Assembly (NCBI GenBank): GCA_964016885.1
Contig: OZ024741.1
Span: 130,696,001 to 130,760,000 of the forward strand
Direction: 5' to 3'
From: Eledone cirrhosa
Taxonomy: Eukaryota
Length of the DNA: 64,000 bases
Part shown: positions 39,301 to 51,599 of the stretch, in pieces
Layout of the letters: every line of letters begins with the position of its first letter
Numbering within the stretch: position 1 is the first letter of the stretch
Notes under the pieces: generated by a model
Seen by the model: the letters and a program-made list of their open reading frames with translations, nothing else
Databases searched by the model: none
Told to the model about the DNA's origin: nothing
Translations under genes and position numbers: made by a program

Positions 39301-42300
39301 TTGTTGCTGTCGTCGTTGTTATTGTTATTGCCGTTGTTGTCGTTGTTATTGTTGTTATTGCCGTTGTTGTCGTTGTCATTATTGTTGTTGTTGCTGTCGT
39401 CGTTGTTATTGTTATTGCCGTTGTTGTCGTTGTTATTGTTGTTATTGCCGTTGTTGTCGTTGTCATTATTGTTGTTGTTGCTGTCGTCGTTGTTATTTTT
39501 GTTATTGCCGTTGTTGTCGCTGTCATTATTGTTGTTGTTGTTGTTGCTGTCGTCGTTGTTATTGTTGTTATTGCCGTTGTTGTCGTTGTCATTATCGTTG
39601 TTGTTGCTGTCGTCATTGTTATTGTTGTTATTGCTGTTGTTGTCATTGTCATTATTGTTGTTGTTGTTGCTGTCGTCATTGTTATTATTGTTATTCCCGT
39701 TGTTGTCGATGTCATTATTGTTGTTGTTGCTGTCGTCGTTGTTATTGTTGTTATTGCCGTTGTTGTCGTTGTCATTATTGTTGTTGTTGCTGTCGTCATT
39801 GTTATTGTTGTTATTGCCGTTGTTGTCGTTGTCATTATTGTTGTTGTTGCTGTCGTCGTTGTTATCGTTGCTATTGCCGTTGTCATTATTGTTGTTGTTG
39901 CTGTCGTCGTTGTTATTGTTGTTATTGCCGTTGTTGTCGTTGTCATTATTGTTGTTGTTGCTGTCGTCATTGTTATTGTTGTTATTGCCGTTGTTGTCGT
40001 TGACATTTTTTTTGTTGTTGCTGTCGTCATTGTTATTGTTGTTATTGCCGTTGTTGTCGTTGACATTATTTTTGTTGTTGCTGTCGTCATTGTTATTGTT
40101 GTTATTGCCGTTGTTGTCGTTGTCATTATTGTTGTTGTTGTTGCTGTCGTCATTGTTATTGTTATTGCCGTTGTTGTTGTTGTTATTGTTGTTATTGCCG
40201 TTGTTGTCGTTGTCATTATTGTTGTTGTTGCTGTCGTCGTTGTTATTGTTATTGCCGTTGTTGTCGTTGTTATTGTTGTTATTGTCGTTGTTGTCGTTGT
40301 CATTATTGTTGATGTTGTTGTCGTCGTTGTTATTGTTGTTATTACCGTTGTTGTCGTTGTCATTATTGTTGTTGTTGTTGTCGTCGTTGTTATTGTTGTT
40401 ATTGCCGTTGTTGTCGTTGTCATTATTGTTGTTGTTGCTGTCGTCATTGTTATTGTTGTTATTGCCGTTGTTGTCGTTGTCATTATTGTTGTTGTTGCTG
40501 TCGTCATTGTTATTGTTGTTATTGCCGTTTTTGTCCTTGTCATTATTGTTGTTGTTGCTGTCGTTGTCATTATTGTTGTTGTTGCTGTCGTCATTGTTAT
40601 TTTTGTTATTGCCGTTGTTGTCGTTGTTATTATTGTTGTTGTTGCTGTCGTCATTGTTATTGTTGTTATTGCCGTTGTTGTCGTTGTCATTATTGTTGTG
40701 TTGTTGCTGTCGTCATTGTTATTGTTGTTATTGCCGTTGTTGTCCTTGTCATTATTGTTGTTGTTGTTGCTGTCGTCATTGTTATTGTTGTTATTGCCGT
40801 TGTTGTCGTTGTCATTATTGTTGTTGTTGCTGTCGTCATTGTTATTGTTGTTATTGCCGTTGTTGTTGTTGTTATTATTGTTGTTGTTGCTGTCGTCATT
40901 GTTATTGTTGTTATTGCCGTTGTTGTCGTTGTCATTATTGTTGTTGTTGTTGCTGTCGTCATTGTTATTGTCGTTATTGCCGTCGTTGTGGTTTTTATTA
41001 TTGTTGTTGTTGCTGTCGTCATTGTTACTGTTGTTATTGCCGTTGTTGTCGTTGTCATTATTGTTGTTGTTGTTGTGTCATCATTGTTATTGTTGTTATT
41101 GCCGTTGTTGTCATTGTTATTATTGTTGTTGTTGTTGTCGTCATTGTTATTGTTGTTATTGCCGTTGTTGTCGTTGTCATTATTGTTGTTGTTGTTGTCG
41201 TTGTTATTGTTGTTATTGCCGTTGTTGTCGTTGTCATTATTTTTGTTGTCGTCGTTGTTATTGTGGTTATTGCCGTTGTTGTCGTTGTCATTATTGTTGT
41301 TGTTGCTGTCGTCGTTGTTATTGTTGTTATTGCCGTTGTTGTCGTTGTCATTATTGTTGTTGTTGTTGTCGTCGTTGTTATTGTTGTTATTGCCGTTGTT
41401 GTCGTTGTCATTATTGTTGTTGTTGCTGTCATCGTTGTTATTGTTGTTATTGCCGTTGTTGTCGTTGTCATTATTGTTGTTGTTGTTGTCGTTGTTATTG
41501 TTGTTATTGCCGTTGTTGTCGTTGTCATTATTGTTGTTGTTGCTGTCGTCATTGTTATTGTTGTTATTGCCGTTGTTGTCATTGTCATTATTGTTGTTGT
41601 TGTTGTCGTCGTTGTTATTGCCGTTGTTGTCGTTCTCATTATTGTTGTTGTTGCTGTCGTCGTTGTTATGGTTGTTATTGCCGTTGTTGTCATTGTCATT
41701 ATTGTTATTGTTGCTGTCATCATTGTTATCGTTGTTATTGCCGTTGTTGTCATTGTCATTATTGTTGTTGTTGCTGTCATCACTGTTATCGTTGTTATTG
41801 CCGTTGTTGTCGTTGTCATTATTGTTGTTGTTTCTGTCGTCATTGTTATCGTTGTTATTGCCATTGTTGTCGTTGTCATTATTGTTGTTGTTGCTGTCGT
41901 CATTGTTATTGTTGTTATTGCCGTTGTTGTCATTGTCATTATTGTTGTTGTTGCTGTGATCATTGTTATTGTTGTTATTGCCGTTGTTGTCGTTGTCATT
42001 ATTGTTGTTGTTGCTGTCGTCATTGTTAGTGTTGTTATTGCGGTTGTTGTCATTGTCATTATTGTTGTTGTTGCTGTCATCATTGTTATTGTTGTTATTG
42101 CCGTTGTTGTCGTTGTCATTATTGTTGTAGTTGCTGTCGTCATTGTTATTATTGTTATTGCCGTTGTTGTCGATGTCATTATTGCTGTTGTTGCTGTCGT
42201 CGTTGTTATTATTGTTATTGCCGTTGTTCTCGTTGTCATTATTGTTGTTGTTGCTGTCGTCATTGTTATTGTTGTTATTGCCGTTGTTGTCGTTGTCATT

Positions 42301-44390
42301 ATTGTTGTTGTTGCTGTCGTCGTTGTTATTTTTGTTATTGCCGTTGTTGTCGTTGTCATTATTGTTTTTGTTGTTGTTGCTGTCGTCGTTGTTATTGTTG
42401 TTATTGCCGTTGTTGTCGTTGTCATTATTGTTGTTGTTGCTGTCGTTATTGTTATTGTTGTTAATTCCGTTGTTGTCGTTGTCATTATTGTTGTTGTTGT
42501 TGCTGTCGTCATTGTTATTATTGTTATTCCCGTTGTTGTCGATGTCTTTATTGTTGTTGTTGCTGTCGTCGTTGTTATTGTTGTTATTGCCGTTGTTGTC
42601 GTTGTCATTATTGTTGTTGTTGCTGTAGTCATTGTTATTGTTGTTATTGCCGTTGTTGTCGTTGTCATTATTGTTGTTGTTGCTGTCGTCGTTGTTATTG
42701 TTGTTATTGCCGTTGTTGTCGTTGTCATTATTGTTGTTGTTATTGCCGTTGTTGTCGTTGTTATTGTTGTTATTACCGTTGTTGTCGTTGTCATTATTGT
42801 TGTTGTTGCTGTCGTCGTTCTTATTGTTGTTATTGCCGTTGTTGTCGTTGTCATTATTGTTGTTGTTGCTGTCGTCGTTGTTATTGTTATTGACGTTGTT
42901 GTCGTTGTTATTGTTGTTATTGCCGTTGTTGTCGTTGTCATTATTGTTGTTGTTGCTGTCGTTGTTGTTATTGTTATTGCCGTTGTTGTCGTTGTTATTG
43001 TTGTTATTGCCGTTGTTGTCGTTGTCATTATTGTTGTTGTTGCTGTCATCGTTGTTATTTTTGTTATTGCCGTTGTTGTCGTTGTCATTATTGTTGTTGT
43101 TGTTGCTGTCGTCGTTGTTATTGTTGTTATTGCCGTTGTTGTCGTTGTCATTATTGTTGTTGTTCTTGTCGTCATTGTTATTGTTGTTATTGCCGTTGTT
43201 GTCCTTGTCATTATTGTTGTTGTTGTTGCTGTCGTCATTGTTATTATTGTTATTCCCGTTGTTGTCGATGTTATTATTGTTGTTGTTGCTGTCGTCGTTG
43301 TTATTGTTGTTATTGCCGTTGTTGTCGTTGTCATTATTGTTGTTGTTGCTGTCGTCATTCTTATTGTTATTATTGCCGTTGTTGTCGTTGTCATTATTGT
43401 TGTTGTTGCTGTCGTCGTTGTTATCGTTGTTATTGCCGTTGTTGTCCTTGTCATTATTGTTGTTGTTGTTGCTGTCGTCATTGTTATTATTGTTATTCCC
43501 GTTGTTGTCGATGTTATTATTATTGTTGTTGCTGTCGTCGTTGTTATTGTTGTTATTGCCGTTGTTGTCGTTGTCATTATTGTTGTTGTTGCTGTCGTCA
43601 TTCTTATTGTTATTATTGCCGTTGTTGTCGTTGTCATTATTGTTGTTGTTGCTGTCGTCGTTGTTATCGTTGTTATTGCCGTTGTTGTCGTTGTCATTAT
43701 TGTTGTTGTTGCTGTCGTCGTTGTTATTGTTGTTATTGTCGTTGTTGTCGTTGTCATTATTGTTGTTGTTGCTGTCGTCATTGTTATTGTTGTTATTGCC
43801 GTTGTTGTCGTTGACATTATTTTTGTTGTTGCTGTCGTCATTGTTATTGTTGTTATTGCCGTTGTTGTCGTTGACATTATTTTTGTTGTTGCTGTCGTCA
43901 TTGTTATTGTTGTTATTGCCGTTGTTGTCGTTGTCATTATTGTTGTTGTTGTTGCTGTCGTCATTGTTATTGTTATTGCCGTTGTTGTCGTTGTTATTGT
44001 TGTTATTGCCGTTGTTGTCGTTGTCATTATTGTTGTTGTTGCTGTCGTCGTTGTTATTGTTATTGCCGTTGTTGTCGTTGTTATTGTTGTTATTGCCGTT
44101 GTTGTCGTTGTCATTATTGTTGTTATTGCCGTTGTTGTCGTTGTCATTATTGTTGTTGTTGCTGTCGTCGTTGTTATTTTTGTTATTGCCGTTGTTGTTG
44201 CTGTCGTCGTTGTTATTGTTGTTATTGCCGTTGTTGTCGTTGTCATTATTGTTGTTGTTGCTGTCGTCATTGTTATTGTTGTTATTGCCGTTGTTGTCGT
44301 TATCATTATTGTTGTTGTTGTTGCTGTCGTCGTTGTTATTGTTGTTATTGCCGTTGTTGTCGTTGTCATTATTGTTGTTGTTGTTGCTTC
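33400..44390. repeat. ~3.3-3.9 kb higher-order unit in three tandem copies (starts near 33470, 37410, 41075); copies 1 and 2 nearly identical, copy 3 more diverged
   Basis: Exact offset 3301 for three stops (34925/38226, 35156/38457, 35607/38908). The third copy carries the same ordered markers: gtagtt ~42130, gttctcgtt ~42229, gatgtcttt ~42541. Confidence 0.9.
43200..43685. repeat. 243-bp tetramer duplication
   Basis: gtccttgtc at 43201/43444, each followed by cccgtt..gat, attcttatt and atcgtt markers. Confidence 0.85.
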
Positions 44391-46379
44391 GTCATTGTTA
44401 TTGTTGTTATTGCCGTTGTTGTCGTTGTCATTATTGTTGTTGTTGCTGTCGTCGTTGTTATTGTTGTTATTGCCGTTGTTGTCGTTGTCATTATTGTTGT
44501 TGTTGCTGTCGTCGTTGTTATTGTTGTTATTGCAGTTGTTGTCGTTGACATTATTTTTGTTGTTGCAGTCGTCATTGTTATTGTTGTTATTGCCGTTGTT
44601 GTCGTTGTCATTATTGTTGTTGTTGCTGTCGTCGTTGTTATTGTTGTTATTACCGTTTTTGTCGTTGTCATTATTGTTGTTGTTGTTGTCGTTATTGTTG
44701 TTGTTGTTGCTGTCGTCATTGTTATTGTTGTTATTGCCGTTGTTGTCGTTGTCATTATTGTTATTGTTGCTGTCGTCGTTGTTATTGTTATTGCCGTTGT
44801 TGTCGTTGTTATTGTTGTTGTTGTATCTGTCGTCGTTGTTATTGTTGTTATTGCCGTTGTTGTCATTGTAGTTGTTGTTGCTGTCGCCATTGTTATTGTT
44901 GTTATTGCCGTTGTTGTCGTTGTCATTATTGTTGTTGTTGTTGTCGTCATTGTTATTGTAGTTATTGCCGTTGTTGTCGTTGTCATTATTGTTGTTGTTG
45001 CTGTCGTCATTGTTATTGTTGTTATTGCCGTTGTTGTCATTGTTATTATTTTTGTTGTTGCTGTCGTCATTGTTATTGGTGTTATTGCCGTTGTTGTCGT
45101 TGTCATTATTGTTGTTGTTGTTGCTGTCGTCGTTGTTATTGTTGTTATTGCCGTTGTTGTCGTTGTCATTATTGTTGTTGTTGCTGTCATCGTTGTTATT
45201 GTTGTTATTGCCGTTGTTGTCGTTGTCATTATTGTTGTTGTTGTTGCTGTCGTCGTTGTTATTGTTGTTATTGCCGTTGTTGTCGTTTTCATTATTGTTG
45301 TTGTTGCTGTCATCGTTGTTATTGTTGTTATTGCCGTTGTTGTCGTTGTCATTATTGTTGTTGTTGTTGCTGTCGTCATCGTTATTGTTGTTATTGCCGT
45401 TGTTGTCGTTGTCATTATTGTTGTTGTTGTTGCTGTCGTCATTGTTATTGTTGTTATTGCCGTTGTTGTCGATGTCATTATTGTTGTTGTTGCTGTCATC
45501 GTTGTTATTGTTGTTATTGCCGTTGTTGTCGTTGTCATTATTGTTGTTGTTGCTGTCGTCATCGTTATAGTTGTTATTGCCGTTGTTGTCGTTGTCATTG
45601 TTGTTGTTGTTGTTGCTGTTGTCATTCTTATTGTTGTTATTGCCGTTGTTTTCGTTGTTATTGTTGTTATTGCCGTTGTTGTCGTTGTCATTATTGTTGT
45701 TGTTGCTGTCGTCGTTGTTATTGTTGTTATTGCCGTTGTTGTCGTTGTCATTATTGTTGTTGTTGCTGTCGTCGTTGTTATTGTTATTGCCGTTGTTGTC
45801 GTTGTTATTGTTGTTATTGCCGTTGTTGTCGTTGTCATTATTGTTGTTGTTGCTGAGGTCGTTGTTATTGTTATTGCTGTTGTTGTCGTTGTTATTGTTG
45901 TTATTGCCGTTGTTGTCGTTGTCATTATTGTTGTTGTTGCTGTCGTCGTTGTTATTTTTGTTATTGCCGTTGTTGTCGTTGTCATTATTGTTGTTGTTGT
46001 TGTTGCTGTCGTCGTTGTTATTGTTGTTATTGTCGTTGTTGTCGTTGTCATTATTGTTGTTGTTGCTGTCGTCATTGTTATTGTTGTAATTGCCGTTGTT
46101 GTCGTTGTCATTATTGTTGTTGTTGTTGCTGTCGTCATTGTTATTATTGTTATTCCCGTTGTTGTCGATATCATTATTGTTGTTGTTGCTGTCGTCGTTG
46201 TTATTGTTGTTATTGCCGTTGTTGTCGTTGTCATTATTGTTGTTGTTGCTGTCGTCATTGTTATTATTGTTATTGCCGTTGTTGTCGTTGACATTATTTT
46301 TGTTGTTGCTGTTGTCATTGTTATTGTTGTTATTGCCGTTGTTGTCGTTGTCATTATTGTTGTTGTTGTTGCTGTCGTC

Positions 46380-46900
46380 GTTGTTATTGTTGTTATTGCC
46401 GTTGTTGTCGTTGTCATTATTGTTGTTGTTGTTGCCGTCGCCGTTGTTATTGTTGTTATTGCCGTTGTTGTCGTTGTCATTATTGTTGTTGTTGCTTTCG
46501 TCGTTGTTATTGTTGTTATTGCCGTTGTTGTCGTTGTTATTGCTGTTGTTGTTGCTGCCGTCGTTGTTATTGTTGTTATTGCCGTTGTTGTCGTTGTCAT
46601 TATTGTTGTTGTTGTTGCCGTCGCCGTTGTTATTGTTGTTATTGCCGTTGTTGTCGTTGTCATTATTGTTGTTGTTGCTTTCGTCGTTGTTATTGTTGTT
46701 ATTGCCGTTGTTGTCGTTGTTATTGCTGTTGTTGTTGCTTTCGTCGTTGTTATTGTTGTTATTGCCGTTGTTGTCGTTGTTATTGCTGTTGTTGTTGCTG
46801 TCGTCGTTGTTATTGTTGTTATTGCCGTTGTTGTCGTTGTCATTATTGTTGTTGTTGTTGCCGTCGCCGTTGTTATTGTTGTTATTGCCGTTGTTGTCGT
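46380..46900. repeat. 183/243-bp short higher-order repeats
   Basis: gttgccgtcgccgtt at ~46434, 46617 and 46860 with intervening gctttc and attgctgtt monomers. Confidence 0.75.
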
Positions 46901-47795
46901 TGTCATTATTGTTGTTGTTGCTGTCGTCGTTGTTATTGTTGTTATTGCCGTTGTTGTCGTTGTCATTATTGTTGTTGTTGCTGTCGTCGTTGTTATTGTT
47001 GTTATTGCAGTTGTTGTCGTTGTCATTATTGTTGTTGTTGCTGTCGTCGTTGTTATTGTTGTTATTGCCGTTGTTGTCGTTGTCATTATTGTTGTTGTTG
47101 CTGTCGTCATTGTTATTGTTGTTATTGCCGTTGTTGTCGTTGACATTATTTTTGTTGTTGCTGTCGTCATTGTTATTGTTGTTATTGCCGTTGTTGTCGT
47201 TGTCATTATTGTTGTTGTTGCTGTCGTCGTTGTTATTGTTGTTATTGCCGTTGTTGTCGTTGTCATTATTGTTGTTGTTGCTGTCGTCGTTGTTATTGAT
47301 GTTATTGCCGTTGTTGTCGTTGTCATTATTGTTGTTGTTGCTGTCATCGTTGTTATTGTTGTTATTGCCGTTGTTGTCGTTGTCATTATTGTTGTTGTTG
47401 TTGTCGTTATTGTTGTTGTTGTTGCTGTCGTCATTGTTATTGTTGTTATTGCCGTTGTTGTCGTTGTCATTATTGTTGTTGTTGCTGTCGTCGTTGTTAT
47501 TGTTGTTATTGCCGGTGTTGTCGTTGTCATTATTGTTGTTGTTTCTGTCATCGTTGTTATTGTTGTTATTGCCGTTGTTGTCGTTGTCATTATTGTTGTT
47601 GTTGTTGTCGTTATTGTTGTTGTGGTTGCTGTCGTCATTGTTATTATTGTTATTGCCGTTGTTGTCGTTGTCATTATTGTTGTTGTTGCTGTCGTCGTTG
47701 TTATTGTTATTGCCTTTGTTGTCGTTGTTATTGTTGTTGTTGTATCTGTCGTCGTTGTTATTGTTGTTATTGCCGTTGTTGTCGTTGTTATTATT

Positions 47796-48509
47796 TTCGT
47801 TGTTGCTGTCGTCATTGTTATTGTTGTTATTGCCGTTGTTGTCGTTGTCATTATTGTTGTTGTTGCTGTCGTCGTTGTTATTGTTATTGCCGTTGTTGTC
47901 GTTGTCATTATTGTTGTTGTTGTTGTCGTCATTGTTATTGTAGTTATTGCCGTTGTTGTCGTTGTCATTATTGTTGTTGTTGCTGTCGCCATTGTTATTG
48001 TTGTTATTGCCGTTGTTGTCATTGTTATTATTTTCGTTGTTGCTGTCGTCATTGTTATTGTTGTTATTGCCGTTGTTGTCGTTGTCATTATTGTTGTTGT
48101 TGCTGTCGTCGTTGTTATTGTTATTGCCGTTGTTGTCGTTGTCATTATTGTTGTTGTTGTTGTCGTCATTGTTATTGTAGTTATTGCCGTTGTTGTCGTT
48201 GTCATTATTGTTGTTGTTGCTGTCGCCATTGTTATTGTTGTTATTGCCGTTGTTGTCATTGTTATTATTTTCGTTGTTGCTGTCGTCATTGTTATTGTTG
48301 TTATTGCCGTTGTTGTCGTTGTCATTATTGTTGTTGTTGCTGTCGTCGTTGTTATTGTTATTGCCGTTGTTGTCGTTGTCATTATTGTTGTTGTTGTTGT
48401 CGTCATTGTTATTGTAGTTATTGCCGTTGTTGTCGTTGTCATTATTGTTGTTGTTGCTGTCGTCATTGTTATTGTTGTTATTGCCGTTGTTGTCATTTTT
48501 ATTATTTTC
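47796..48509. repeat. 237-bp tetrameric higher-order repeat, 3 copies
   Basis: attattTTCgtt at 47796, 48033, 48270 and 48507; Leu-frame stops at 47943, 48180 and 48417. Confidence 0.92.
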
Positions 48510-49929
48510 GTTGTTGCTGTCGTCATTGTTATTGTTGTTATTGCCGTTGTTGTCGTTGTCATTATTGTTCTTGTTGTTGCTGTCGTCGTTGTTATTGTTG
48601 TTATTGCCGTTGTTGTCGTTGTCATTATTGTTGTTTCTGTCGTCATCGTTATAGTTGTTATTGCCGTTGTTGTCGTTGTCGATATTGTTGCTGTTGTTGC
48701 TGTCGTCGTTGTTATTGTTGTTATTGCCGTTGTTGTCGTTGTCATTATTGTTGTTGTTGCTGTCGTCTTTGTTTTTGTTGTTATTGCCGTTCTTGTCGTT
48801 GTCATTATTGTTGTTGTTGCTGTCGTCGTTGTTATTGTTGTTATTGCCGTTGTTGTCGTTGTCATTATTGTTGTTGTTGCTGTCGTCGTTGTTATTGTTG
48901 TTATAGCCGTTGTTGTCGTTGTCATTATTGTTGATGTTGTTGTCGTCATTGTTATTGTTGTTATTGCCGTTCTTGTCGTTGTCGTTATTGTTGTTGTTGT
49001 TGCTGTCGTCATCGTTATTGTTGTTATTGCCGTTGTTGTCGTTGTCATTATTGTTGTTGTTGTTGCTGTCGTCATTGTTATTGTTGTTATTGCCGTTGTT
49101 GTCGTTGTCATTATTGTTGTTGTTGTTGCTGTCGTCATTGTTATTGTTGTTATTGCCGTTGTTGTCGTTGTCATTATTGTTGTTGTTGTTGCTGTCGTCA
49201 TTGTTATTGTTGTTATTGCCGTTGTTGTCGTTGTCATTATTGTTGTTGTTGCTGTCATCGTTGTTATTGTTGTTATTGCCGTTGTTGTCGTTGTCATTAT
49301 TGTTGTTGTTGCTGTCGTCATCGTTATATTTGTTATTGCCGTTGTTGTCGTTGTCATTATTGTTGTTGTTGTTGCTGTTGTCATTGTTATTGTTGTTATT
49401 GCCGTTGTTGTTGTTGTCGTTATTGTTGTTGTTGTTGTTGCTGTCGTCGTTGTTATTGTTGTTATTGCCGTTGTCGTCGTGTTATTGTTGTTATTGCCGT
49501 TGTTGTCGTTGTCATTATTGTTGTTGTTGCTGTCGTCGTTGTTATTGGTATTATTGCTGTTGTTGTCGTTGTCATTATTGTTGTTGTTGCTGTCGCCGTT
49601 GTTATTGTTGTTATTGCCGTTGTTGTCGTTGTTATTATTGTTGTTGTTACAGTCGTCATTGTTACTGTTGTTATTGCCGTTGTTGTCGTTGTCATTATTG
49701 TTGTTGTTGTTGTTGCTGTCATTCTTATTGTTGTTATTGCCGTTGTTGTCGTTGTTATTGTTGTTATTGCCGTTGTTGTCGTTGTCATTATTGTTGTTGT
49801 TGCTGTCGTCGTTGTTATTGTTATTGCCGTTGTTGTCGTTGTTATTTTTGTTATTGCCGTTGTTGTCGTTGTCATTATTGTTGTTGTTGCTGTCGTCGTT
49901 GTTATTGTTGTTATTGCCGTTGTTGTCAT

Positions 49930-51540
49930 TGTCATTATTGTTGTTGTTGCTGTCATCATTGTTATCGTTGTTATTGCCGTTGTTGTCATTGTCATTATTG
50001 TTGTTGTTGCTGTCATCATTGTTATTGTTGTTATTGCCGTTGTTGTCGTTGTCATTATTGTTGTTGTTGCTGTCGTCATTGTTATTGTTATTATTGCCGT
50101 TGTTGTCGTTGTCATTATTGTTGTTGTTGTTTTCGTCATTGTTATTGTTGTTATTGCCGTTGTTGTCATTGTCATTATTGTTGTTGTTGCTGTCGTCATT
50201 GTTATTGTTGTAATTGCCATTGTTGTCGTTGTCATTATTGTTGTTGTTGCTGTCATCATTGTTATTGTTGTTATTGCCATTGTTGTCATTTTCATTATTG
50301 TTGTTGTTGCTGTCGTCATTGTTATTGTTGTTATTGCCATTGTTGTCGTTGTCATTATTGTTGTTGTTGCTGTCGTCATTGTTATCGTTGTTATTGCCGT
50401 TGTTGTCGTTGTCATTATTGTTGTTGTTGCGGTCGTCATTGTTATCGTTGTTATTGCCGTTGTTGTCATTGTCATTATTGTTGTTGTTGCTGTCGTCATT
50501 GTTATTGTTGTTATTGCCGTTGTTGTCGTTGTCATTATTGTTGTTGTTGTTGCTGTCGTCATTGTTATTGTTGTTATTGCCATTGTTGTCGTTGTCATTA
50601 TTGTTGTTGTTGCTGTCATCATTGTTATTGTTGTTATTGCCGTTGTTGTCGTTGTCATTATTGTTGTTGTTGCTGTCGTCATTGTTATTGTTGTTATTGC
50701 GGTTGTTGTCATTGTCATTATTGTTGTTGTTGCTGTCATCATTGTTATTGTTGTTATTGCCGTTGTTGTCATTGTCATTATTGTTGTTGTTGCTGTCATC
50801 ATTGTTATTGTTGTTATTGCCGTTGTTGTCGTTGTCATTATTGTTGTTGTTGCTGTCGTCATTGTTATTGTTATTATTGCCGTTGTTGTCGTTGTCATTA
50901 TTGTTGTTGTTGTTTTCGTCATTGTTATTGTTGTTATTGCCGTTGTTGTCATTGTCATTATTGTTGTTGTTGCTGTCGTCATTGTTATTGTTGTAATTGC
51001 CATTGTTGTCGTTGTCATTATTGTTGTTGTTGCTGTCATCATTGTTATTGTTGTTATTGCCATTGTTGTCATTTTCATTATTGTTGTTGTTGCTGTCGTC
51101 ATTGTTATTGTTGTTATTGCCATTGTTGTCGTTGTCATTATTGTTGTTGTTGCTGTCGTCATTGTTATTGTTGTTATTGCCATTGTTGTCGTTGTCATTA
51201 TTGTTGTTGTTGCGGTCGTCATTGTTATCGTTGTTATTGCCGTTGTTGTCATTGTCATTATTGTTGTTGTTGCTGTCGTCATTGTTATTGTTGTTATTGC
51301 CGTTGTTGTCGTTGTCATTATTGTTGTTGTTGTTGCTGTCGTCATTGTTATTGTTGTTATTGCCATTGTTGTCGTTGTCATTATTGTTGTTGTTGCTGTC
51401 ATCATTGTTATTGTTGTTATTGCCGTTGTTGTCGTTGTCATTATTGTTGTTGTTGCTGTCGTCATTGTTATTGTTGTTATTGCGGTTGTTGTCATTGTCA
51501 TTATTGTTGTTGTTGCTGTCATCATTGTTATTGTTGTTAT
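49930..51540. repeat. 783-bp (13-monomer) tandem duplication
   Basis: gtaattgccatt at 50213/50996, with shared gttttcgtc, attttcatt, gcggtc and gcggtt variants in the same order. Confidence 0.9.
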
Positions 51541-51599
51541 TGCCGTTGTTGTCGTTGTGATTATTGTTGTTGTTGTTGTCGTCATTGTTATTGTTGTTA

